A stretch of DNA of 64,000 nucleotides, taken from positions 14,942,001 through 15,006,000 of the forward strand of contig CM074522.1 in the NCBI GenBank assembly GCA_037379345.1, read 5' to 3'. The position numbers were made by a program, and so were the translations under genes. The notes under the pieces are model-generated. The model ran no database searches, was not told where the DNA came from, and saw nothing but the letters and a program-made list of their open reading frames with translations. How positions within the stretch are numbered: position 1 is the first letter of the stretch; every line of letters begins with the position of its first letter. Below, piece after piece: positions 14,601 through 29,600 of this stretch. Origin of the DNA: Perna viridis (Eukaryota).

Positions 14601-17600
14601 GTAACAGTTAAGTTTGACTTCTCAAATCAGCTGTTTATAGTGGACTTAAGCATGGTTGAAATGTCAAAATTGTGAACTCCTAGGAATGAAATTGTAGTAA
14701 AGCACTTCATTCATTTGTGTTTTGAGAAATTCATTTGTGGTTATGTGATATGAAATTTCTTGAGTTTGTTGAATCATTAGATTGATATTGATATTAGACA
14801 GGAAAATTTATTAGGATTTGAACAAAATTTCTAATGGTTCTGAAAGTAATAAATCTCTGTCAGAAAGGAAAAAATATACACATAGCTGTCGCCACACATT
14901 GTTGTAAGGAAAAATATAGAATGCAGATTAATTCTTGTTGATGGAGAGTTGTGTTTTAAATCTATAAACCAAGAAAATTTGATAAAATGAAAATGACGAG
15001 TCACCATTATCATCACACTCTGGATCATGGTCATGCTGTAAAGAGACGGCCTCATAAGTCACATGGTAACCCTGTGTACAGGAGGTCATGGCCAATAGCA
15101 CCTAACTACATTAAGAGCTGGAAGGTAATGAAACTTAAGTTATTGATTAGGGTTATGTGCAAAACTTTGTGCAAGTATAAAATTTTAAATGGAAATTTAC
15201 TTGTTTCTTTGATGTAATCTTGCTGACTGTGACACAGTTCACATTCTAGGTTAATATTTGAAGCATTTTGATGAAATATAACATAATTGTTGTGTACCTT
15301 ATGATGTAATACATGGCACAAACTGTGTCAAACTTTAAAGGAGACAATTTTGGTGGCAATTTGGGATGGGATCTCTTAGTGAATTGTCTATCTGTTTAAA
15401 TTTTGACAGTATCAAAATGAAAAATAGTTATCTTAATTCCTGACTCCATTCTATAAAGTTAGACATGTTTAAGCTAAATTTTAAATGATGTAGAAACCGG
15501 CGGAAAAGTGTTTTGGTGTCAATTTTAATACATCTATCTGAGGTTTGGTTTAGACAGCTGTTCTGCATTATATCATGTAGGTATAGACCAACTAGCTAGC
15601 TGTGTGAAAAGGAAGTTATGAATTACAGTATATTGGCTCCAATATTATTTAGAATCCCATTCTTTGTGTAGTAGGGTATAGCCTCTTTAAAATATAAATC
15701 TGCACATCTTTAAGTATAAAATAAGTTAGAATGTTGATCATGGTAATGAGTAATGTAATGCAGTGAAGCAGCATTTATTCACCATAAAATTCTGCATATT
15801 TATTTTTAGGGGTACATCTTTGCATCTACCAGGATGAAAAATATAAGGATATTCCACTCCTATCCTCCAGAAATATAAGGATTCCACTCTTATACTCTGG
15901 AATTATAAGGATACTCCACTCCTGTTCACTAGAAATGTTAAGATATTCATCTCCTATCCTCTAGAAATATTAGGATATTCCACTCTTATCTTCCAGAAAT
16001 ATTAGGATATCCCACTCATATCCTCCAGAAATATTAGTATATGAGAGGATATTCCACTCTTATCCCCAAGAAATATCAGGATATTACATTCCTACCCACC
16101 AGAAATATACCGTAAGGATATTCCACTCCAGAAATATACTTTGACTGTAATCACTTTGATTACTGGTGTACATAGTTTACATGTACAGGTACATGTATTA
16201 TTATGAATATTAAGATCCATCATGCAATAATTATAGTGACCTTGTGACTAAGTGTAATGTAGAAATTTCATAAATTACATTCATCAGGAGTTGAGGTCTT
16301 TAATTCGTTTCTTTTCAAAGATTTAAAATGCCTCCTCAATCTTAATTAAGAGATGTGGGTCTGGTTTCATAAAATATCTGAAATGAAGATTTTCCTCAAA
16401 ACCTTCCTCAATTTAAATTTTGACAAATCAGACCACTCTAAATTGAAGATTTGAGGAAAAACACAGGTCTTCAGGAAATTCTCAACTTGAGATTTTTTTA
16501 TGAAACCCAGGCCTGGTTGGTTAAGAAAGGTATCTTTGATTTCACAGCTTTGGAATTATCGAATCAATGAAAACTCAGGACAGATATTTCTATACCACAC
16601 TAATTGATGGAAACCAATCGAATGCAATTTTGAAACGTAATTAGTTCACTGGTAGTCAGGTTTGTGGATGTTCAGAGTATATTCATTTGAATATAACGTA
16701 AACTGACTATTGTTCGGTTGTTCTCTCAACTTACAATAACACCTAGTTTGTGTTGGTCTGTATAAAAAAAAAAATAACACTGGAAAGCTTCACAAGGGCA
16801 GAAATAGAAATTATACAAAGGAAGTTCCTGGTTTTTACTTGCTAATTTTTCACAAAATTTTGCATTTAATTAGCAATATTTTTCCAACAATAGGGGTTCC
16901 TACCCCATAACTCCTTCCCTTTTTCTGGGTCAACCATTGGTTTTAGACAGAACCAATTTTACCATATTTTAGCTCATGTGAGACAGACCTTGGAAATCAG
17001 TGTTGATAGACTCCTAGTCTGGATTTAAAAGGTGTGAGTTATGGCCCCTGTAATATAATATATCACAACCCTGACAAATAAAACATATCACTGCTGTTAT
17101 TAACCTGCTCACAATACCTGTTTTATTACACAGACAAACATTAATGGCAAATTATTTTGACCTGAATATGGTGTATAAGATTAATATCCCTGGTTGATTA
17201 CATGTCCCTTTTTGTCCTAGTATTAAATTTTACTGTCTTAACCCATAAATGTGTATTTTGTACTGAACTGGGCATCATCATTCTTTGGGACTTTTATATT
17301 GCCCTTTTACTGTTAAATATGCATTACATGATTATTAATTTACACTTAATGTACATATTTATAGCATGCCCAGGTATGACTAAATAATTATGTCAGTAAT
17401 ATTTTGGTACATGCACATGCATGGTCTGCTGGTACATAACTTAGAAAGATGACCCAAAAAGGATTAACTACTTGTTTGGTCTTTTTGTTTTGAACTCAAA
17501 ATACTCCCAAAGAACTTTTATGTTCTTGTACACTTCTGGGCCTCCCTGTTCCGTGTATAATGCATGTATGTTTGACTATTTGTAAAGACCACATTGATAC

Positions 17601-20600
17601 TCAAAATGTATACTTCACATGACTATACATTGAAGTACTTTGAATTTTTGCAATATTTATGTTTTTGTTTTTTGTTTTTAATATAGAAGCCCATCTTTTA
17701 CTGAAGTCAATGTATAGATTCACAGAATGTATAGAATCTAGTACAATACTGATTATGACCTCCAGAGCTGTTTGTGTTTTGCTCATAGCAGACTTCAGAT
17801 ATAAAAAATCAGTCAATTTAATCTAAAAAAGTTAAAGACATGTAAAATTTGCCTTTGAGGGGGAATGTAGTGTAATCAAGCATACAAATGATACTGATCA
17901 GGGATATAGGATCAAGGGCAGGTGGACTCTTTGATCACCAATGAATGCTACATGTTGTTTTCAATTAAGCACGCATTCTTTGCTCATATTGTTACTTGAT
18001 TTGTGGTTAAGGAATTTAGAATACTAAAAAATCTGATTGGTTGGCACAATTAAAAAACAAACAATGCTTATTAACTTCAGTCTTTTTAAGAATCAGGCAG
18101 TGGGTGAAATATGGTATTAAACAATACATCATTTTGATAGTGTAATTTGACTATTTGCACCATCAGAATCTAGGAAAAAATTTTCCATATCATGTTGGTG
18201 TATCGATTTATAATTTCATTGAAATGCACTGAAAATGAACATGTCAAAAACCTAATTTTTCTAACATTCTATTGAAAAATTTTTGAGCAAAGCCAGTGAT
18301 GCAGATATCAAATAATGGTCTTTTCAAATAAAGAAAGTATCCTTGAGTGATAATACATTTTCAGATCAGTGGGGTTTTGACATGCGTGTTTCTGATTTCT
18401 TCCCGTTTTGCCTGATTCTTACAAACACTTACACTTAAAGGGCTTTGGCAGAGAAATGGATAATTTGTATACATAGTAGTAATCTTAGTACATTTAAGAA
18501 GTACAAAAACCATGGTATTTGCAGTACATGTATAGGTCACCGTTAAAACTACATCATCAAATTGAACTGGATTTCATTGAGTTTATTTACATGTCTCTTC
18601 TTAATTATATATGGTATGCAGTTAATTTTGTTGTTGTTTTTTTTCTCCTAACTGAAACAGTAACCTTCCTAGCTGCTTTAGTTTAGGAGGGAACTTTTAA
18701 AAATTAAGATATTGCCTTGACCAATGCCTTTATGATCAAGATAAGGAAGGTGAGTTATTTTACCAAAACGAATGTTAAGTTTCTGCCTTGTCAGGTATAT
18801 AGGCTAAAAACCACTAATTCCACTTTCCATAGGCTTCTATGCTAATTTCACAATATTCAATGGCTTCTCTGGACTTTACCTTAACTTTAACCTGCAGAGG
18901 ACTATATATCAGCATGATTCTACATATGTCAGCTCACAATCCTCAGAATGGCATGTAGGGTTAGCAGACTTGCAGTGCAGTACTGGTCACCGGGAGTGAA
19001 GGGTCTATAAATAGCATGAGAAATCCCAGTGTTTTCACAAGATAGGGGTATATTTAAAAATCATTATGGAGATTAGGCTTCACATCACAAGAAGCAAAAT
19101 GCACCTATAAAATGTACAGAAATGTTTTTCCTTTCAGAAACTGTTTAAATTTTTTAAATAAGATGAGAACTTTTTTCACAGCACTATGAGGAACAGGGGT
19201 AATTTTTGCGTAGGACTATTTTTGCGTACGTTCCGAATGCTCATTGGTTGAATTGGTGGTCTGTAACCTATTAGTCAAAATATAGATTTTGCCAAGCTGT
19301 TGTCAACATATATAGGTATAATTCAGATATTTACATATTTTGAATGGTAATTTTTAAGACATAATAATACGTACAGAATTTTTAATACCGTTGGTAAAAT
19401 TATACAGCCAATAAAATCATAGACCTATTTTTTTATGTTATTTTACTGTAATTAAGAGATGCTGTTTCACAATTAATTCACTTAATAAGTACAGGGAGGG
19501 AATTATTCAGGATTACTTGAAAAATAAAACATGATATGTTAATTTCATATATTACCGAAACAGTAAAACCTACGTAAACCATACACCTATGAGATTGAAG
19601 GGTTTGCTTCAGTTAAGTGTTTTGATTATATTCAGTTTACAAAGGATCAAAATCTTGAATACTAAATATATTATGATAATGGACTTAAGATAAAATGTTA
19701 CATTTGTGGTTCAGTTTGTTTTATTCAGGGTTCTGTTGAGCCAGGTTTCACTATATATATATATATATATATATACTTTCTGTTACATAATCTCAAGTTT
19801 TAGTCCAAGTATCAAAAGGAGATTATTATGCAGTTGGAGACTTCATATCATCTTGTACCAGTGTTATTCTTTAAGTCATGTTTGAATAATCAATGAGTGG
19901 AACTTTGATGGCTTTCACAAGTAGTTTGATTCTGAACTTACAATCCTATGTCTGTTGGGATTGACATTGACTTTCAAGTGCATGGTACTACTTGGTTTAT
20001 TTTGTTTACCCAGGGTCAAAGTTCATATGTCTTCCCTAATTTTCAGATTATAAACTTTCAATTTTTTTTGGCGACATTAACCATTTTGTACTAGGGTTCT
20101 GCTTTTGTTCTTTGTATTAGTTTTTCTGCTTATCCTGGGTCAAAGTTCTCACACCTTTCTCGGTTAAGCTTAACAGTAAATATATACCAAATTAGTACTA
20201 CACTGTATTTGTTACAGATGTCTGCTGATTTTCTTGCATGAACTGTTCGTGTGTTCAGGTCAAAGATCTTATTCCTTTCTTAAAATGTATAAAGATACCA
20301 AGAACAAAATTTGAGGGCACTAATAGGCACATGCATGCACACAGGTTTTATACATACTGGTTATGTCAGTACTCATGGAATCCAGAGATTTAAAAAATAA
20401 TTGTATAGGTGACAGTTTGTTCATTGTATCAGTGACTATCATGTTGATGATTTTTCATGATGTTTAAATCTAATATGTAATAAAAAAATTTCTATGGCAT
20501 GCATATGTTGCCATAAACTAGTGATGAAATAACTTCAGTACATTTGCATAAAATAAGTAATAAATATGGTATGATTAATGAGTTAGTTTTTAAATATATG

Positions 20601-23600
20601 GAAATATGTTGATAGAAAAAAAAAAAAAAATAGAAAATGATATAGTGTTTTTAAAAATATACATTCCTTCCCCATTTACGATTAGAAATATAGGGTAGCT
20701 CATACAACCCTCGTAATCTGTTTTTACTTTTTCAGTAATGGGCAAGAATATATCACTGAAATTAATCCTAATACAGTTATGGGGCAAGAATATATCACTG
20801 AAATTAATCCTAATACAGTTATGGGGCAAGAATATATCACTGAAATTAATCCATATACAGTTGTGTAGTTTGTGTTTTCTAATTTTCAAATGATTTTCAC
20901 ACTGTTTGACCAGATAACTAGAATTTCAGCCATGACACAAATACCAAATGATGCTGACGATTTCATTTTGAAAGATTAAGAGAAACAGAGTGTACATCTT
21001 TAACTCATCAGTTTCGAAATTTCTCATGCTGCTAACGTTGTAGATTTTATATATATATATATATATATATGGCCATTATTCTACATGTATTTGCTTATTT
21101 TACATACAAAGACTATGTACAGATTAAAACCATTCATATCACGATTCTTAATCTGATCAAGATCTAAATTTCCTGCTCACTTACTCACTCAATGAATTTA
21201 TTTTTATTCCAAAATCTACCCCTTCTTTTTTTTCTGATTGTCTCTTTGTTAGTGCAAACCTTAGATAATTTTAGGACTTTTTCTCAGAAGAAATTGCTAC
21301 GAATGTACAAAGTGATCGAAAACTGACGTAATTCAACTTCTCATTTTATTATATTGTTGTTTTGGGTCTTGGGTATCATTAATAAATTATACATCTCTTA
21401 GTTCTTGGTATAATATAACACCTCTTTAGTAGGACACTTGTAGTCTATGAAACTTGTTAAAATGATTGAGGAAATAATTCTGTATCTTCAATTGGTCTTT
21501 AAGGACACATTATTTGACCCTTGTTTTGGTAGCTGTTCTGTAACTTTATTGTTTTTGTTGTAAGTTAAAGTAATATGTCATTCTTAGTCATTGATAATTT
21601 CTAACATTGTTTATGAGCAGGTGATATTCTTGTCCACCTTAAAATAAAACCTACAATTATCTTTAAGTTTTAGGTTAAAAAGTGGGCCAACTTACCACAA
21701 CATGACTTGCCCTTTTGTAATGTGTTCTAAATAAAGTAAATTTGTGACACATTAAGTGTGGGTGGTCGATCAAATTATTTCAATCTTTTGTATTTAAAAT
21801 TTGACAAACAAAAAGGTTTTACTTTTAACTGCATTATGTTGACTTTTCATTGATATTCTTTATTTAAAACATAAAGCCTTCTTTGTCATGTTATGATGAC
21901 ATGATGTTGAGAAAATTAAGGAACCATAACTCTAGCATAGATTTTCTTTTACACAGGCAAATATTTTTCATGTGACATTCATGTGAAATTCACATGAAAT
22001 TAACATGATTTTCATGTGAAATTCACTAAACACAAATTTCATGTGAACATTTTGTGTGAATTTCATGTGAAGGCTCCATTCACCCGAATTTCACTTGAAC
22101 TCTGTCACTTAGTTTATTTGCTCAATTCATGTGAAAATTGTGTGAAATTCATGTGAAAATCATGTGAAATAATTTTGCCTGTGTAGTAAATTGATTATAC
22201 ACCAAAATTTGATAGTTCAACAATAACTTCAGGTTTCAATACTCCAAATTACAATAGATCAATACTGCAAATTACAATAGATCCATACTCCAAATTACAA
22301 TAGATCCATACTCCAAATTACAATAGATCCATACTCCAAATTACAATAGATCCATGCTCCAAATTACTATATTATAACAAGAATAATTAAACTTGTTTAA
22401 TTCTCCTATTTCAAAAGTTAATTTCTAAGGAATTGTTTTAAATAATCAAACAATAGAAAATAACCTGTATGCTCTTTAATGTATTATGGTTCAATGGGTC
22501 CATATCTTTTTTTTTTAGAACTAAGTAATTTGAGATAGATAATATCAGTTAAGATCTCCATGTTCTTCAGAGTTCAGATAGGTATATTATGGATATATGT
22601 TACAATGAACTTAAAAACTGTATGTATCACCTTACTTAATTATAAGCAAGAATTCCTTATGTAGTGCCAAATCATCTAAATAGGTAGAGGAGTCCAAATT
22701 ATTGTAATTTTATACTGCAACTAATGTATATGAGTAACTGACTGAAGATAACTTTCTGTTGTGACATCACAAACAATACATTATTTTTTAAGTTGCCAGG
22801 ATGTTCTCCGCTTCAAATACAAAACGTTTTTCTTGCTTAAAAGGTCCTTTTTTCTGTTCAAAGTTTTGTTGCAGCTATAAACCCGGGGTTCTAAGCCTCA
22901 TCAGTATATCAGTTTTATGTCAAGTCAGTGTACTGTTGTTGTCTATATACTTTGTTCCCACTTAGTCTGAGTGATTACACAAATATCATCAATATAAATG
23001 TATATGAAATATATCTCAGACTTGTTTTTTTATAAGCTTTATGGCAGTGAACTCTATTTTTGTGTTTCAAATTTGAATATGTTGGCTCTGTTTGTCTTCA
23101 TATAGTCATCTGCAAAAAAATTACAATAAAATAATATCATATTATAATCAGTCAATCAGTGCAGTCTAATAAGAACAAATATGAATAGTTCAATTTTGAA
23201 TTCCCACAGGAAATTTCCTGTTATATATTGATTATTGTCGGTAACCGACATTCAATAACCACAGAGGAAGCCAGTTCACCAGTCTGTATATGGTACCTAT
23301 ATATCTGACATCCTGACCACAATGGAAACCAAAATACAGGACAGATGCTCTTTTTTGTATGAATGCCATGTTGTCTGAATTTAAGTTTAATTAAAACAAG
23401 GACATTAAAGGTTTTGTTAATCACTGTTTGTTAATAACTAATTTTCTTTTCAAATTATGAACTACATATGGGGGAATTTTTTGTTTTTAACTTCGAGCAG
23501 TTTGTGGTCACTTTTTGTGTGGTATATGGAAAATGCCAGTGTTTCTGAATGAACTTATGTACATACTTGACAATTTTAGATATTTTTATAATGTAAATAT

Positions 23601-26600
23601 TGTTATGAAACAAATGCTACTGAATTTATTTGTTATTGCATTGATTTAAACTTGCAAAATATAAGTTTTTTTTAAACATTTTCAGTATTGCAAAATTTGT
23701 GCAAATCATATTTATGTCCGGATAAAACTTTTGTCAAATATCTGAATTGTTAGTACAGATGATACAACACTAAGTTATCGCTCAGTTTTTGTAATTTTAC
23801 TTATGGCTTGTTGTTTAAAGTTACTCAGAATGATTATAAGTGATAAAATATTTCTATTGAAATAGTTATCAGAGCTGTTTTGACATTCTGATCCATTCAT
23901 TAATCCTGGTCTTATCTGTGTCCATACAAAATGATACCAGCACACCTGCGCTCCAGGATCCGGCCATTCAAATTCTTAGGCTAATTCTAAAAGTCTATCA
24001 GAAGTAGTAGGACTATTTTTATTGGATGTTTTGGCTTAAGATTCCAGGATATCCTATGACGACTTTTGTGATATTGATCCTTGGATAAAAATAGCGGAGT
24101 GATGCAGTTACGATTAGGGGGAGGAATAATAACAGTTAAAATACTATATTGTTGGTTGGTTGATTTTGTTAATTTGATAAAGCTATCGTAAATTTTAAGG
24201 ATATTAGAATGTTTACGTAAACTGCCATCAGGGGGCTGGAGAATGTGACGTAAGGAGTAAATATTGGATTGTTAATTAGGGGGAATGGATTAAAAAATAA
24301 TGAAAATTAATTAAATAATACTGGTCTAATAGTTGTTATATTGAAACGTATTCGTAAGAAGATATACTTAATATAAATTTAAGTCAATCATTTCTCTGAT
24401 TTTTAGTGTTATATTCATAACATTACTTACATTTGTTTGAGACACCAGAGGGATAACTACAATACAAATCTACAAATGTAATTTATCAAGTAGAATTGTG
24501 AAAACTTGAAAATTAATATTTATGTATTGAAGACCACAGATTTTGACGTCAGCAACATTCTGAAACAGCAGCTTGTGTTGTATTGGTATTTGGACCTTAT
24601 AAGGTTAACGACAATACGATGTGATACAGATCTAATATTTGATTTTTAACAGTATGTAACACTGTGGTCTATTTCAATTTAAAGATTAATTTCTGTTTGT
24701 AAAACGAAGGTACAGATGACGACATATTGTCAAAGCTGTGTTGTATGTCATAACGGCATGCATACCTAACACCTAGGAAGATATTTGTAACAAGTTTCAT
24801 AATGACCGGATGAGTAAACTTGTTTAGGAAAGGTCTTAACTGTGTGCTATATTTCTTAACTACTGTTGGACGATAAGAATAAATAAAAGTGACAAGTGAA
24901 TAAATTTGTGGTTTTGTGGGAGTTAACCATTTAAATATATATGAAAATAGTATTATCATTTTAACCACAATGATAATATATATTGGAAATATCCTACACA
25001 ACATGATCATATAGATTAAACATATTTTAAATACCGCTTTACATTTTTTGGTATGGAATTTAATTATTAGGTTGAGTTTTGTATGAACAGAAGTTGATAT
25101 TTTTGTTGTGCACACTAGCTGTTAAAGTCATTTTTATGAGGAAAGAAAACATATGCATTTTGTGACATAGGTGTTGTATTCATAGTCTTGGATGGTTTAA
25201 AAGGCAGATTTTTATACCGGATGCAAAAAAGTTCATTTACTTTGTCTATGCATGCTATTATCCTGAATACATTTCAACAACTTGACAAATTCGTGGAAGA
25301 TAAATCAGTATTCGTTATGAAGGAATAATTGGCTAATGGCCTGTATTAGTGTCTGTTATCAAATATTTCTAAGAACTATTAAATTGTGTGGAATTAATTT
25401 GAATAGTATACTAGCATGTACACAGAAGTTAAACTTGCCTCGCTTTTCAGCATGAAATATTGGAAGGTAAGGTCATTCTAAAAAAAGGGGGGGGGAATGT
25501 TTTTGAGTTTTCTTCATTGTAGTAGGTCCTTTATATTGATACTAGAAATTTTAAGGATATAAAAAACAAAATTTTAAGTCATAAGTAGGGCAGTTTTTAA
25601 TCAAAATGAAGATTAAAATTGCATGGGCAAAATTACAAAAAAAAAAAAACAAAAACAGGCCTCAACAAAATTATTATAACAATTCTTTGTCAATTTCTGT
25701 ATCTCTCCATCCATTCACAAGCATTATTAGGTTTAAATGACCCAAGAGTAACCCTCCATTATAGAACACTGTCAATAACAAAATATGAAATTAAATTGGT
25801 AGGATGGCCATGAAATTTGGTATAAAGCTTAACATAAAAAGATAAATGAAACTTGAGGTGAATGGTTTGCAATAATTTGAGGACAATGAAATATATCAAT
25901 GTTCTTTTGCAAAGGATTATGTTAATATTGTCCTAAAACAGATTATATTATGATACACGACCTTTCTTTGACCCTGAGAAGGATTTTTTTTTATTGTACT
26001 AAACATGTAATGACTGATTATGCTGAAACAGCTGAAGTTGATGACTCAAGCATATGCAAAATAAAAAAGTAATAAAAAAATCCTAGAAATATCAAAGTTT
26101 TTAAAACTTGATTTAAATCAATTTGATTTTAAATTTTTGAAGTAACTTAATTATTTAATTCCAATGACAATTGAGTAAAAGTTCAGTAAGACTATGTTTA
26201 AAAAAAGATTAAGTTTTTCTTTAACCCTCTCTATTATGTTAGTAAAAACAAGATAATGTAGGTATATATCTATGGGTTATGTCAGTTAATACCCTACATG
26301 GTAGTAAGAAAATAACATTCTAGTCAAGCAAAGAAAAAAAAATAGCTATAAAAAAAGTAGGGTGGGTAGATGGGCTTTGACTGGTTTGTTTTTGATACAC
26401 ATTCAAACTTTAATAGTCCTTGTCAAAAAATGTTAAAAGTCTTTAGGGACAAAAAAATTAGGGTCTGCAGGGTTAGAGGAAACAGGTATTTTTTTAAGGC
26501 CTCGTCTATCGAGGACAGTGAATAAACTGCACTCAAAGGTGGAGTAGTGCTAGGTGTCTGCTATCTTGTTTGACTTGAATTTTTTGGTTGAAGGCAAACT

Positions 26601-29600
26601 TTTGAAAAAATCAAACGAAAACCTCTGATTAAACTCTTGATTTCTCGTTTATTTTTCAGGACCGTGAGAAGCAGGACCAGTTAAATGACCTCCTCAATAA
26701 CTATAGCGCTAACGGAATACCTCCGATGCCAGATCTTCTTACCCTTGGTCAGCCAGAGTCAAGTGTATCTGTTTTCGATATAGAGCCACATTGGAGTTCT
26801 ATTGTAGAAAATGCTTCAGTAAGTTGTAAAATGCACTGAATGTAGAGTGTACTTAAGTAGCACTCCAGATAAGAATCATGCAAAATGTGATTCATTGCTG
26901 AAATACATATTTTTATTTTTGATATTTTGTTTCAAATATTATTGTTAACAGGAATTATCATGTGGCTATTCATATAACCCTTGTTCTTAGGAGATAAAAA
27001 TTATATAGAATGTACTGTAGAATTCAAATTAAAGGGAAATAACTGTAGATGACACTAAAATAGAAACTGTGGGATTTTCAATGTTGATTTTCTCCTAGAA
27101 GCAGACAGATTGAAAAGAATAATTATACATTTCATCATATAGACCTATAAAGCAAATTAATAACAAAAATGAAAATGTGTAGCCTTTTTTTTTGGAGTGT
27201 ATCACATTTTACTGACTTTGCATGATTCTTACAAAGACAGCTACTTAAAGTTTGAAAAAAATTATCACTTATTAATTTAAAAATACATTGTATTGTTATT
27301 GATATGATTCTTCTTTGATGAATTGTAATGTGAATAAAGGATGAAAACCTGACTTTAAAAAATATCAACATACACACTTTAGAAATTGAATAGAAAAAAA
27401 ATTGACATTAATACACATTAACCTTCCTGTTAGAGATTTCAACTGTGATTTACAAGGTCATTTCTGAAATCTGAGATTTGATTAGGTTTTTGGTGTCCGT
27501 GTGACCTGCATTTTGTAACAATTGTCATTTGTATCTTTTCTATGGAGCATTGGATTAGATTTCTTCCTGATTTGTTATTAAAGGATAACTTAGGCTGGAA
27601 CATCTTCAGCTGAATTACATATAAATCAGTACTAGTAAAATTCTTATAATTCAGTAAATGTATTCATTCACAAAAAAGTCATAATTCAAAATGGTGGGAA
27701 CAGACCACTTGACATCTCCTGTATTATTTAGCCACCTTTTAAAAAGGTTAAGCATATATTTTTCTCCTTCACAACCAACAAATAATAAAAATGCAGATCT
27801 TGGCCCCAATCTTCTATAAAGTGCACAGTGGATCATTTTATATCCATTTAGAGCAGACATTACCATAAGTCGACATTTCCTCACTGAACATTGGAGCAGT
27901 AATCCTATAGAATATACTTAGTTCAGTCAAGGGGAAGTTTTACGTTTACAGTACTGATGTAAACAAATTGGGGAAGTGGGTGGGGTGTTACTGTTGCTCA
28001 TTTTCATTAATATACTCTTTTCATGTTATGTTAAATGAAGAAAAATCTTTTGATAAAAAACTCGACAGAAAACAGTTTATTTACTTTAGATTAGGAATTT
28101 ATAAATTGTCAATATATATAGAAGTGATCATGCATTAGTTTGATAAACTAGAATTAAGTGTTGTTTTTTTTTTCAATACAATGGCTAGGTATATTTGTTT
28201 AATTATTTAGGTTGAATTTAATCATTTAATCTAATTTTAAAGTTTTTCATGATGTAATTAAAACTACAATTTGTGTAATAAGATTATGAATTTTTACTTA
28301 ACCCCATTAGGGTTTAAAAGTTCATGTCATTTACAGAAAAAATATTTTGCCAACTTTCATATTCAATAATTTTAATGCCACAGTTTTAGTACTACCACCA
28401 TATTTTGGTGAAGACTAATACAAGATATTAGCTCCTATGATTATTTAAATAGTCAGTAGATTTTATTGGAGGTTGAGGTGATATAGTTTGAAATCCAAAC
28501 TGGTCAGCAGTCTTGTTTACAGATATACCCAGTGAATGGGATACAATAGGCTATGTTTTGGGAAAGACGTCAACCTGACATTTAAGTGCAAGGAGATTGA
28601 CACTGCCATATCTTGCGCCCTATCCAAAAAGAAAGTAAATGTTATCGACCTTTAAACAAATTATCAGTAAGTGGTAGCAAGGCCCTAATATTTACCCAAC
28701 TTTAATTATAATAAAGGTGTTTTATCAGGCTTGTTTGTATTGGTTTTCCTTCAACATAGTGAAACTTCCTATTTTAAGTAGCAGTCTTTGTAAGAATCAT
28801 GCAAAATCTGAAAAATGTGATCCATCCCAAAAAAAGACTACATTTTTTTATTTTTATAATTAAGTTGTTTTATGGGCCTATTTTGTGAAATGTGTAATTA
28901 TTCATTCATGTCTGCCTGCTCTTAGGAGATAATCAACATCGAAAATACAATAGTGTCATTTACAGAGTTATCTCCCTTAATTTTGAAATCTACAGTGCAT
29001 TCTATATAATTTTTATCTCCTATAAACAGGGGTTATATGAAAAACCACATGTAACTTTAAGTTTACTATGACATTTCAAACAATATATCAAAAATAAAAA
29101 TATGTAGGCCTTCCAACCATGAATCACATTATGCATGATTCTTATGTGGAGTGCTACTTAATTCCTGGACTAGAAAAACCTGTTTATCTTTAAGAAATGT
29201 TGATGATTCATTTGTATACAAGTATACTACAATAATTTACCTGTAAAGCAACAGGTGAGACCAATGTTGCTGTATACCTGGTGTAGGCTTTCATTAAATA
29301 TGTTTGGTTGAACCCAATGATAGTGGGTGGCTACTATTTATGAAATAAACCCAGTATTCATCCTGCTTTATGATGTGCAAACTATCATATTTAAAGTGCA
29401 GTAAACATGTAATACCGTCTGGTTTACATAATGCACTGTCAGTTTATAGTCCTGTGGTTTGGTCTGAATCTATTGGTCCGTTACAGGTTTTAAAGAGAGA
29501 GTATTGTTATAAAGGAGCTACAGAACAATTTTCTATTCAGACACATGCAATAAATGCAAATTTTATGATAATATTGATAAAATAGGATGTCATAAATGGC

